Source: an uncultured Porticoccaceae bacterium (lineage in GTDB: Bacteria; Pseudomonadota; Gammaproteobacteria; Pseudomonadales; GM7GCV1). From it: a stretch of DNA of 64,000 nucleotides. The notes under the pieces are model-generated. The model made no database searches and was not told the DNA's origin. It saw only the letters and a program-made list of their open reading frames with translations. The position numbers were made by a program, and so were the translations under genes. The DNA lies in the NCBI GenBank assembly GCA_964623085.1, contig CAZUTO010000001.1, positions 43 through 64,042 on the forward strand, written 5' to 3'. Below are positions 17,775-30,685 of this stretch, piece by piece; position 1 is the first letter of the stretch, and the number at the start of each line of letters is the position of its first letter.

Positions 17775-18503
17775 GTGGCAAAAAAAGACCAATACGCGCC
17801 GCCGAAAAGGAAAGAGCCAGGACTAGTTGGGAGCGTTTTTTCAGGGTTAATTCAGCTTTGCATCTGGTTAGTCATTAGCTTGTTAATTTCAATAGTCATT
17901 GAATGGATCGGCATGATCTGGTTTTGGCCGGATCAAGGCGCAAATCATGCTAGAACAGTATTTATATCAGATGAGAATTATCTGAATCAGCACCTGAAGG
18001 ATTCCACTTCGACCATTAAGGCTGAAGTTATCGACTTTACGAATAGCGTTGTAAGTTGGATCGACAATCAATCTACCTTGCAAAAAGTCATTGAGCATCT
18101 TCCGAGTTTTTCTGAGGACAAATTTTCAGGGCTGCGAGGTTGGGCTATTCGGACTTATGAAAATTTTGATGAATATTTAGAAGCGTCTGGATATGTAACG
18201 CAGACGTTTTTTATTCGCCTTTCGCTTATCTTATTTTCGCTACCGATTTTCTTTCTTGCTGCTTTAGTTGGCGCGGTAGATGGCCTTGCTGAGCGAGACT
18301 TAAGGCGCTGGGGAGGAGGGCGCGAGAGCAGCAATGTGTTTAACATTGCCAGAAGCACGGTAGTTCCGACGTTTGTAACCGCCTGTGTCATCTACATCAG
18401 CCTGCCAATCAGTGTTCATCCGGCAATCGTGATATTACCTTTTGCCCTGCTATTTGGATTGGCTGTCAGGGTTGCATTTGACCGGTTGAAGAAATATTTT
18501 TAG
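17775..18503 (+). CDS. ICE membrane protein, TIGR03747 (PFL_4697)-like
   Basis: About 4 TM helices. It holds the conserved position after traD. Confidence 0.5.
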   Translation: MAKKDQYAPPKRKEPGLVGSVFSGLIQLCIWLVISLLISIVIEWIGMIWFWPDQGANHARTVFISDENYLNQHLKDSTSTIKAEVIDFTNSVVSWIDNQSTLQKVIEHLPSFSEDKFSGLRGWAIRTYENFDEYLEASGYVTQTFFIRLSLILFSLPIFFLAALVGAVDGLAERDLRRWGGGRESSNVFNIARSTVVPTFVTACVIYISLPISVHPAIVILPFALLFGLAVRVAFDRLKKYF

Positions 18504-18701
18504 ATAGTCCTTTTCTATTTCAACGTTGAGATTGGGGTTTGTATGCTCAAAGTGGCAATATTCAGGTTGTATCAATTAGGCCTTTTGAGAACACACAGGT
18601 CATATAATGGTTAATTTTATGTTGTTGAGTGCACTTTTCGAGCTAGGGCATATATTTGTAGAAAATTCTGTTGCTAATGAAAATAACATCCCGTATAACC
18701 T

Positions 18702-19070
18702 GTGCTTGTTATGCCCCTACGCTTTCTAACATATCTACTCCTCGCTCTGATGGCCGTTCAGTCTGTTACAGCGATGGCAGATGTGCATTCAGCGCATCAA
18801 ACAGGTGTTGAGCACCTGTCTTTCGATGCTCATGATCATGAGAATCAAGATGGATATGACCATAACTCGAAACATGGCCATGCTGAGTTTTTCGATGAGC
18901 CAGACTGCCATCACTGCTGTCACTGCCATGGACATACCACTACCGCAATATTGGCGGTCAGTTTGTCGATCCACTCTCTGGACAATCCTTATATCCTATC
19001 CGCATATCTGGCTGATATAGCTCCAGAACCTTTAGCGAATTTTCTTCGCCCCCCTATTTCAAAAGCCTAA
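18702..19070 (+). CDS. Small secreted His/Cys-rich protein (CzcI/DUF2946-like accessory protein)
   Basis: A signal peptide is followed by HSAHQTGVEH...DAHDHENQDGYDHNSKHGH...DCHHCCHCHGH, and the C-terminus reads LRPPISKA. It lies immediately upstream of czcC. The start is either 18702 (GTG) or 18711 (ATG). Confidence 0.5.
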   Translation: MLVMPLRFLTYLLLALMAVQSVTAMADVHSAHQTGVEHLSFDAHDHENQDGYDHNSKHGHAEFFDEPDCHHCCHCHGHTTTAILAVSLSIHSLDNPYILSAYLADIAPEPLANFLRPPISKA

Positions 19071-19135
19071 GGCACATTAGCCACATTTAGTCTCCCGAAT
19101 TTTCGGGAAAGTTTAACTGTCATTAGGTTTTTACC

Positions 19136-20416
19136 ATGTATGGAACCCGTATTTCAGGGGGTGGAAAATTCTACTTCCTTTTTATCTACATAATTATCAG
19201 TTGCCTGTCAGCGCGCCCAATAATGGCGGCAGAGCTTTCGCTGACGTTAAGCGAGGCGACTGCTTTAACTCTCGCTCGTAATCCGCAGCTCTATCAATAC
19301 ACCTTCGTTGACGAGGTGAATCTGGCGCAAAAACAACTCAGCGAGTTGCGACCATCATTGGCTCTGGAGGCAGAGCTTGAGAATGTTATTGGGTCTGGCC
19401 CGTTTAAAGGCGTGGACAGCGCTGAGGTCACTGTTGCCTTATCCTCAGTCATTGAATTGGGCGACAAACGATCCGCTCGCATATCGGTGGCTGAGGCACG
19501 GATTTATCAATCACAATGGCAGAGGCAAGCTGACACGCTGGATATCCTTGGCGACCTGACGACCGGCTACATCGAGGCATTATCGACGCAAAATAATATT
19601 CTGCTGGCGACAGAATCACTAGGTTTATCAAAGCAGCTACTGCAAACCGTTGAAAACAGGGTCTCGCAAGGCGCAGCTCCCGAAGCTGAATTGTTGCGAG
19701 CCGAAGCGACAGTGGCAGAAGCTGAAATTCGTTTGTCCGCGCTGAACAACCGATTTGAGCGCCAAAAAATTCAGCTCGCACGATTCTGGGGAGAGACAGC
19801 TCCTCAGTTCACAGAGTTGGATGGTGACTTATTCGCTTTTGAACCAAGCGTTGATTTTGATGCGCTCTATGCGCGCGTTCAGACCTCACCGGCAATACAA
19901 GTCTTTGCGGGTGAGGATCGCCTGAGAGAGGCAGAGGTCGCATTGTCTCGCGCAAATAGTCGTGCTGATCTGTCATGGCAAGTTGGAATCCGTCGATTTG
20001 AAGACACAGGCGATACTGCGCTGACGGCTGGCGTGTCTATTCCCTTATTCGCTAATCAACGAAGTAGCGCCAATATCCGTTCTGCAGAAGCGAACCGTGA
20101 CGCACTGACTTATAACCGGCAAGACAGTCTCCTTCGTTTACGTGCACAGCTTTATGAGGCTTGGTCATTGCGAGAACAAAATATCGAATCCGTCCAAACT
20201 ATCCAGCACCAAATTATTCCCGCGTTGGAGCAAGCGTTAGAACTTACCGAACAGGCCTATGAATCAGGGCGCTATCAATATTCCAACTTAATTCTCGCGC
20301 AAAAAGAACTTTTGGCAGCCAAGCAACGGCTAATAGATGCCGCAAGCAACGTGCATCTCAGTCAGGCGCTGATTGAGCAATTAACCAGCGAGCCACTGAC
20401 GCTCCCGTCTGATTGA
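19136..20416 (+). CDS. czcC: Outer-membrane efflux protein (TolC family), CzcC-like
   Basis: 426 aa with a two-repeat coiled-coil/barrel pattern. It is the first gene of a CBA-type RND operon. Confidence 0.75.
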   Translation: MYGTRISGGGKFYFLFIYIIISCLSARPIMAAELSLTLSEATALTLARNPQLYQYTFVDEVNLAQKQLSELRPSLALEAELENVIGSGPFKGVDSAEVTVALSSVIELGDKRSARISVAEARIYQSQWQRQADTLDILGDLTTGYIEALSTQNNILLATESLGLSKQLLQTVENRVSQGAAPEAELLRAEATVAEAEIRLSALNNRFERQKIQLARFWGETAPQFTELDGDLFAFEPSVDFDALYARVQTSPAIQVFAGEDRLREAEVALSRANSRADLSWQVGIRRFEDTGDTALTAGVSIPLFANQRSSANIRSAEANRDALTYNRQDSLLRLRAQLYEAWSLREQNIESVQTIQHQIIPALEQALELTEQAYESGRYQYSNLILAQKELLAAKQRLIDAASNVHLSQALIEQLTSEPLTLPSD

Positions 20417-20498
20417 AATGAAAAGCAGGCTAAAACCAACTGAAGCCAACCCATATTTATGGATTTCGATTGGTGTCGAAATCTAAAGGAAAGAGATT

Positions 20499-24757
<4,259 letters not shown>

Positions 24758-24818
24758 CTGTTGCAAAGTTACCATTGATAACCATCAAAAAAATTCAAAT
24801 TTATAGAGGAAAAACCAA

Positions 24819-25181
24819 GTGAAATACCTTACGAAAGCATTCGCGATTTTGCTATTGAGCTTTATGTGCTCAATAGCTCAGGCACACATTGAACTTAATC
24901 GTTCACAACCAGCAGACCAAGAGTTATTGATGAGTTCACCCGACGAGTTCGTGCTCGTTTTTACCAGTAAAGCGCAGCTATTGGCACTCGAACTGTTTGA
25001 TGAAAATGCCAACCCGGTTGAGTTCGGATTTACCAGCAGTATTCGCGAACGTGTTAATTTTAAAATTCCAATTGAGGAGAGCTTGCCATCGGGGGTTTAT
25101 GTGCTCAAATGGACAGCGCTCGCAGGCGATGGTCATCGTGAGACTGGGACCATCCTATTCGGCATAGATGATCCACAGTGA
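24819..25181 (+). CDS. copC: CopC paralogue (second copy)
   Basis: 120 aa, the same length as the first CopC and roughly 60% identical to it by eye. The signal peptide ends AQA|H and the GDGH motif is present. GTG start. Confidence 0.75.
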   Translation: MKYLTKAFAILLLSFMCSIAQAHIELNRSQPADQELLMSSPDEFVLVFTSKAQLLALELFDENANPVEFGFTSSIRERVNFKIPIEESLPSGVYVLKWTALAGDGHRETGTILFGIDDPQ

Positions 25182-25267
25182 TTGTGTTGAAACTCCTGGC
25201 CAAACAAGAGTAGCAAGTGGCGCTGCGGTTGCTAACAATTCACAGGTTAGTGTAGGAGGAATGAATA

Positions 25268-25855
25268 GTGATTGATCTCGTTTTTATTTTGGGGTTGATT
25301 GTTCATGCGTTCTTACTGGTCATGATGCTCCTTTCTGCCCGGCAGGAGTCATTTCAGTTTTGGCCACCACCCAGCAAACACTCTTGGCAATATCATTCTT
25401 TGTGGTGGGGTATACGCTTTCTCGTTGCTTGTATTGGTTGGCTTATCTACGCGCAGCACAGCACCATGAATTTTCCGCATTGGTTGCGATTCTATCTAGC
25501 AATGCCAAGTGCGATTCTGTTTTTTGCGCTGGGAACCATCGCCGCCAAGCAACTGGGTTGGGCAAACACCCATGGCATTGCAGATAGCTTTATTACGACT
25601 GGTTTTTACCGCTACAGCCGAAACCCACAATATGTATTTTATGCAGCTGGCTTTCTTTTTCTTGGAATTTGGGCCGCATCATTTAAAGCACTACTTTTGC
25701 TGATATTTCTAAGTGCTTGGTACTTGCGCGCGCCGTTCCCCGAAGAAAAGTGGCTGGAAGATAAGTATGGTCAACAATATATTAGTTACAAGAACATTAC
25801 GCCGAGGTATTTTGGTCTAGCAAGGAACGTTGATAAGCGAGAATCATACAAGTAG
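25268..25855 (+). CDS. ICMT/PEMT-like membrane methyltransferase-family protein (second copy)
   Basis: The protein is polytopic. YRYSRNPQYVFYAAGFLFLG resembles the ICMT-family motif. GTG start with RBS aggagg. Confidence 0.5.
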   Translation: MIDLVFILGLIVHAFLLVMMLLSARQESFQFWPPPSKHSWQYHSLWWGIRFLVACIGWLIYAQHSTMNFPHWLRFYLAMPSAILFFALGTIAAKQLGWANTHGIADSFITTGFYRYSRNPQYVFYAAGFLFLGIWAASFKALLLLIFLSAWYLRAPFPEEKWLEDKYGQQYISYKNITPRYFGLARNVDKRESYK

Positions 25856-26137
25856 CAAGTTTGATGCATTTTTAGCGGCGCAAATAATGGCATTTGCAAA
25901 TTAAAAACAGATCTATTGCGAACTCAAAATACGCCAAGTCATTGTTGCTCTTAAAACCTTAAGCTTTTATTTTCCTAAACAGTTTCTTCGCACGAAGTAA
26001 TAAGGTTTCCCAGATGCTTTATGGCGTAAGAGTATCTGGGATGCCTTTGAGTAAACATATTTACCTTCTTTTCAGTCTGAAGGCTTTCCTATAGGCCTGC
26101 GTTTTAATATTCCTGATCATTATCCGACATTTGGAGA

Positions 26138-26431
26138 ATGATCATGAAACCAGTATTTATCATCTTTATATCGGCACTTATCTCTCAACCGATATATGCC
26201 GTTACAGACCAAGAAAGGTCTTTGCTTCTCGCGCTCTCAGAGGAGTTAAAAACTATTGCCTTCATCATCGACGAAGCAGAGCAAGCGGTGGATATCAATC
26301 ATCGCAGACAAGTTAATTACCAAGAACTGAGAGATGACCTGGAGCTGATTCGTCAAGGAATCAAGGACGCAATCAATGAAGAGCGTCGAGAAATCCAGTC
26401 ACTACCAGAGCTAAAGGCGGATTACCGCTAA
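26138..26431 (+). CDS. ICE protein, RAQPRD family
   Basis: A signal peptide is present, together with NYQELRDDLELIRQGIKD. The C-terminal REIQSLPELKADYR aligns with the RAQPRD..GDY signature. Confidence 0.65.
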   Translation: MIMKPVFIIFISALISQPIYAVTDQERSLLLALSEELKTIAFIIDEAEQAVDINHRRQVNYQELRDDLELIRQGIKDAINEERREIQSLPELKADYR

Positions 26432-26670
26432 TGGCTGTTTCTCTAGCTCAAGAAAGCGCATTCACCGGTGCCACGCTTGGATTCGCGATGGCGGATTTCC
26501 AGACGACCATCCTCCTAATTTTTTACTCTGTGCTCTACATCTGGGCGATCTGGGTGATCGTCGGACAGTGGCGAGCATGGTCAAAGCGCAAGATCGACTT
26601 CTACGAATTTTTAATTCGAGTCGTTCGATCCATTTTTATAACTCTCGTTATGGGCTTCCTATTGAGATAG
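26431..26670 (+). CDS. ICE membrane protein, TIGR03758-like
   Basis: 79 aa with 2 TM helices. The start overlaps the previous stop. Position is conserved. Confidence 0.5.
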   Translation: MAVSLAQESAFTGATLGFAMADFQTTILLIFYSVLYIWAIWVIVGQWRAWSKRKIDFYEFLIRVVRSIFITLVMGFLLR

Positions 26671-26764
26671 CACTGACGAAATACCCATTTCTCTAACCCT
26701 CGTTTTTAGCTTCCTACTGCGTCGCGCTAACGAAAAACCATTTCGATTAACGCTGAGGAAGCTT

Positions 26765-27139
26765 ATGAAAATCTTAAACAAACTATCTATAAAACTACGT
26801 AACCGCTTAGTGGCATTCATGTCGTGCATCGCACTAATGTTTGTATCACTGAGAACACAAGCCCAATTGCCTGCACCGGTCGATCCGAGTAGTGGTGATC
26901 CGGGCGGTAATTACTTGGCCTTTATGCAAGGCTGGACTGGTGATGCAGTCGAATATATCGCGCTAGCTATTTCCGGTGCAGGCTTTCTGTGGGTAGGCTG
27001 GATTTTGTTATCAAAATTCAATGAAGCACGTAGCTCAAATGATCCTGATTGGGGATCAGTTGGTTTAACAGCCGTTATCGCGGGTGTGCTATTGGCTATT
27101 GTTTCCTACTTCCTAAACGAAGCTGCTGGGATCATCTAA
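26765..27139 (+). CDS. ICE membrane protein, TIGR03745-like (pilin-like)
   Basis: A long signal/leader is followed by 2 TM helices. RBS is gaggaag. Confidence 0.5.
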   Translation: MKILNKLSIKLRNRLVAFMSCIALMFVSLRTQAQLPAPVDPSSGDPGGNYLAFMQGWTGDAVEYIALAISGAGFLWVGWILLSKFNEARSSNDPDWGSVGLTAVIAGVLLAIVSYFLNEAAGII

Positions 27140-27142
27140 GGC

Positions 27143-27511
27143 ATGAATACCAATCAAAAGGGCAACGACTTGTTGCCCTTACGTCTAAATTCCGAGCCTT
27201 CAATATTTCGTGGTTGCTCACTTTCAGAATTGATGCTGCTAGTAGTGATCGGTGCGATTGTTTTTGTACCTGCCAGTGTCATCGTTTGCGCGCTGTTTGG
27301 TTACTTAATGATGGGCGTAGGTGTTGGCCTATTACTTGTCATTGGTGGCGTGTTCGTAGGCGCAACAGTATTGCAAAAACTAAAGCGAGGAAGGCCACAA
27401 GGCTTTTACCAGTTGCGATTAAGGCTCTGGTTAGAAGATTTGAAAATCATGCGATCTCCCTTTCTTCGTAAAGGGCAAGTTTGGGATATTGGCCGGAGGG
27501 CAACAAAATGA
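27143..27511 (+). CDS. Conjugal transfer protein, TIGR03750-like
   Basis: LRLNSEPSIFRGCSLSELMLLVV is followed by 2 TM helices. Confidence 0.5.
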   Translation: MNTNQKGNDLLPLRLNSEPSIFRGCSLSELMLLVVIGAIVFVPASVIVCALFGYLMMGVGVGLLLVIGGVFVGATVLQKLKRGRPQGFYQLRLRLWLEDLKIMRSPFLRKGQVWDIGRRATK

Positions 27512-28176
27512 ATAACCCTTTAAGAAATAATCAAGCGCGCCAACGCTTGCTAGCGAATCACGACCATATCCAAACATTGCGCATTGCAATTGGGATTCTT
27601 CTAGTAATCGTTATCGCTCTTTGGTGGCGTAATGGAGCGTTGCAGGAAGCAAGGAGGATCTATATTCCGCCTGACCTCACTCAAGGGATGGTCACCAACT
27701 TTGAAGAAGTCCCTGAACCATTGGTCTATACATTTGCTTACTACATCCTACAGCAACTTAATCGTTGGACGGATGACGGGGAAAAAGATTACCCAAGGCA
27801 AATCTATCAGTTGCAAGGATTTCTAACGCCAGGATGCAGGGCGGCAATGGAAGCTGATATGAATGTGAAGCAAGGATTAGGCGAGCTAAGGCAGCGTGTA
27901 CGCAGTATGCAAGAAGTCTTGGGCCAATCCTATTCACGAAAACGAGTGGAAATCGAATCAAGTAATTCATGGAAAGTTTGGCTCGATGTCAATGTGGATG
28001 AATCTATAAACGGATTTCCTGTAAAGAATGTCCCACTGCGCTATTCGCTGCGTGTCGTTCGATTTGACGTTGACAAAGAAGTCAATCCTTGGGGTCTCGC
28101 GTTGTCCTGCGACGAAGGGATAAACCCAACACTACTCACTGAAGATGATTTGGACAAGCCTTTCCAAGGCTCATAG
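27508..28176 (+). CDS. ICE protein, TIGR03746-like
   Basis: ATG 27508 with RBS ggaggg is preferred over the tracked 27481 start. There is a single N-terminal TM helix. Confidence 0.5.
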   Translation: MNNPLRNNQARQRLLANHDHIQTLRIAIGILLVIVIALWWRNGALQEARRIYIPPDLTQGMVTNFEEVPEPLVYTFAYYILQQLNRWTDDGEKDYPRQIYQLQGFLTPGCRAAMEADMNVKQGLGELRQRVRSMQEVLGQSYSRKRVEIESSNSWKVWLDVNVDESINGFPVKNVPLRYSLRVVRFDVDKEVNPWGLALSCDEGINPTLLTEDDLDKPFQGS

Positions 28177-28181
28177 GTGCA

Positions 28182-29036
28182 ATGATGAAACACACAATTA
28201 ACAAACTAATATTTATGTTGAGCAGCATTATTTGCTGCTCTGTTTTAGCCGCTTCTCCTGAGCGCGTTCTATGGGAAAAAGTACCGATCTCGGTTCATAT
28301 TCAAAAGGGTGAAGAGCGAATCATTCACTTTCCAGACGAGATACGGTATTGGCTACCAGATAGCATTAAACAAAAAGTCTCTGTAATAGCGGCAAGCGGT
28401 GTTCTATACATTCAGTCGTTTGAGGAATTCCCGAAGACTCGTATTCGCGTGCAGGGATTGAGTGACCAACAAATCTATTTGTTGGATATATCGTCTTCCG
28501 ATCTGATGATGACTAGTAGTGAGCTAATTGTGATGACACCCGAAAGTGTCATCAATCGAAGTCAAGAGGTTGAACCGGCGCGCAATGGCGAAGATTGGCG
28601 TGTGCGGTTGACACGATATGCAGCGCGTCAACTCTATGCGCGAGAAGGACTAGCTGGCACCGATAGTGCCGTTCAGAGAATTCCCTTGCCCACTACTTCA
28701 TCCATCCCGCTGATACGTGGAAACTTGATTGAAACTGTGCCCATCGGATCATGGCGGGGGAATGGACTCACGGTGACCGCCGTCAGGTTACAAAACCAAA
28801 CCGACAAAAGCTATCGATTGAGATTTGAAGAAAAAGAAATAAATGATGATTTAAATCTTATTGAGTTGCTGCGAGGGGATTGGTTAACGGCCACATTGCA
28901 GCACGATACGGTGGGTGCAAAAGGCCAGGACGATGATTCAACAGTGTTGTATCTGGTTTCCAGTCAATCTTTTGAGGAAAGTTTGGGCTGGTTGATTCCG
29001 GCCATTTCTCTGCATGAGGAGGCTGACAATGGCTGA
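28182..29036 (+). CDS. ICE protein, TIGR03749-like (secreted)
   Basis: A signal peptide is followed by ERVLWEKVPISVHIQKGEERIIHFPDEI. Confidence 0.5.
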   Translation: MMKHTINKLIFMLSSIICCSVLAASPERVLWEKVPISVHIQKGEERIIHFPDEIRYWLPDSIKQKVSVIAASGVLYIQSFEEFPKTRIRVQGLSDQQIYLLDISSSDLMMTSSELIVMTPESVINRSQEVEPARNGEDWRVRLTRYAARQLYAREGLAGTDSAVQRIPLPTTSSIPLIRGNLIETVPIGSWRGNGLTVTAVRLQNQTDKSYRLRFEEKEINDDLNLIELLRGDWLTATLQHDTVGAKGQDDDSTVLYLVSSQSFEESLGWLIPAISLHEEADNG

Positions 29037-30360
29037 GAAAAGAGTCAATCCTTTACTGATTGCTGGCGTTGTTATTGCGGTCGTCTGTTTATCTTTGGTG
29101 ATGTGCTCTGACCGCACAGAAACCTATCAACCTGTTGATGCAGTGCCTGGGTTTGATGAGGGCACTATGGCCCAAGATGGCGATACACAGGCCGATACGA
29201 TCAGAGCACTGCAAGCCTATGCTCGCGAGGCTGTCAGAAAAGCCGACGAACTAAACGCTTCGACACAAGACAGTATGGAAAAGGTCTTGGACAATGAAAA
29301 TAATGTTCTGCGTTTGGAGAGGGAGAGCGAAGAAGCCAAATCAGATTTGGCTGAAACGCAAGTGGCAGTCGGCGAACTAGAGACTCGCTTGCTTGAATTG
29401 AACCGCGAGCTGTCCGAACTTAGACGCTCGAATACGCAGTTTAATGCCGATGGGTTGCCAGTCGGATTTGGCTTCGATGGCGCACCTCAGAATGTTTCTC
29501 AAGGCGCTTGGTATGACTCCATAGACTTTGTTGATACATCAGGAGAAGGAAGCAATCGAGGCGGATTTTCCGGCCTTATCTCTGGCCCTACACGAAGATC
29601 CACTGCAGCAAGCACAGGGTCGGAAAGTTCGCAGCCTGAGATGGTTGTCGAGCCTGTTTATACCATCCCAAAAGATGCGACGTTAACGGATGGCCTTGCG
29701 CTGACTGCACTCGTTGGACGCATTCCCGTTGATGGGCAAACACCTGATCCCTATCCAGTAAAAATTTATGTTGGTCGTGAAAATCTACTCGCAAATGGGC
29801 ATGACATCCCGGAAGTAGAAGGGATGATTTTCAGCGGTTTAGGATTTGGTGACTGGAATCTCACCTGCGTTAGTGCACGGCTATCATCTGCAACCTTTAT
29901 TTTTGAAGACGGTTCCATCGTAAACCATTCTTCCCAAAATCAAGCTCTTGGCTACATTTCTGAACCCGACGGGTTTCCCTGTGTAGAAGGCACATTTGAG
30001 ACAAATGCTCCCGCATTTCTCACCCAAAGAATCGCACTAGCAGGGATAGGCGCGGCTGGCGCTGCCTACGCGGAAGCTCAACAGCAAACGGAGATTTCAT
30101 CTCTCACAGGGACTTCAACTACCAACCTCATTGGCGACATCAATAAATTGGCAGCCGGAGAAGCCGTGCTTTCCGCTACTGATGAAGTTACTGAATGGTT
30201 GTTGGCCCGACAACAACAAAGTTTTGATGCGGTGGTCGTCGAACCAGGCGCTGAGGTATCAGTGCATCTGGATATAAGTCTTCCACTAGATAAAAGTTCA
30301 TTAGCGAGGAAAGTACGATATGCGAAAGATAGTCACAGCAGTCATTACGGTTTGGATTAG
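29029..30360 (+). CDS. ICE protein, TIGR03752-like (VirB10-analogue)
   Basis: ATG 29029 follows RBS gaggagg. The protein has a TM helix, a coiled coil, and ALTALVGRIPVDGQTPDPYPVKIYVGRENLLANG. Confidence 0.55.
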   Translation: MAEKRVNPLLIAGVVIAVVCLSLVMCSDRTETYQPVDAVPGFDEGTMAQDGDTQADTIRALQAYAREAVRKADELNASTQDSMEKVLDNENNVLRLERESEEAKSDLAETQVAVGELETRLLELNRELSELRRSNTQFNADGLPVGFGFDGAPQNVSQGAWYDSIDFVDTSGEGSNRGGFSGLISGPTRRSTAASTGSESSQPEMVVEPVYTIPKDATLTDGLALTALVGRIPVDGQTPDPYPVKIYVGRENLLANGHDIPEVEGMIFSGLGFGDWNLTCVSARLSSATFIFEDGSIVNHSSQNQALGYISEPDGFPCVEGTFETNAPAFLTQRIALAGIGAAGAAYAEAQQQTEISSLTGTSTTNLIGDINKLAAGEAVLSATDEVTEWLLARQQQSFDAVVVEPGAEVSVHLDISLPLDKSSLARKVRYAKDSHSSHYGLD

Positions 30361-30685
30361 TAGCTTAATTTTGTCTGGTTGTGCCAGTACCAAAAGCGGG
30401 GTGTTTGGCGAAGATATGCCGAGCATGAAAGAAATACATGACCAAAAGTTTCAGAAATCTGATGAGACCATTTCGAAGCCGTCTCGACCGATTCACACAG
30501 ATCAGCCTATACAAGATTCAAGTACAGAATTTCACTGGATACCCAATCCAACCTTGAATATGCATGTGTTCAGGCATCTCAGCCCAGCAGGTAATCCAGT
30601 ACCTGGTTACAACACCTACTTCAAGCTGTACGACCAGAATCATCTTGCTATACCGGGTGAATACGGAGGGCAAATCAATGATTAA
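30320..30685 (+). CDS. Conjugal transfer lipoprotein, TIGR03751-like
   Basis: The lipobox is ILSGC|AS. Confidence 0.6.
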   Translation: MRKIVTAVITVWISSLILSGCASTKSGVFGEDMPSMKEIHDQKFQKSDETISKPSRPIHTDQPIQDSSTEFHWIPNPTLNMHVFRHLSPAGNPVPGYNTYFKLYDQNHLAIPGEYGGQIND

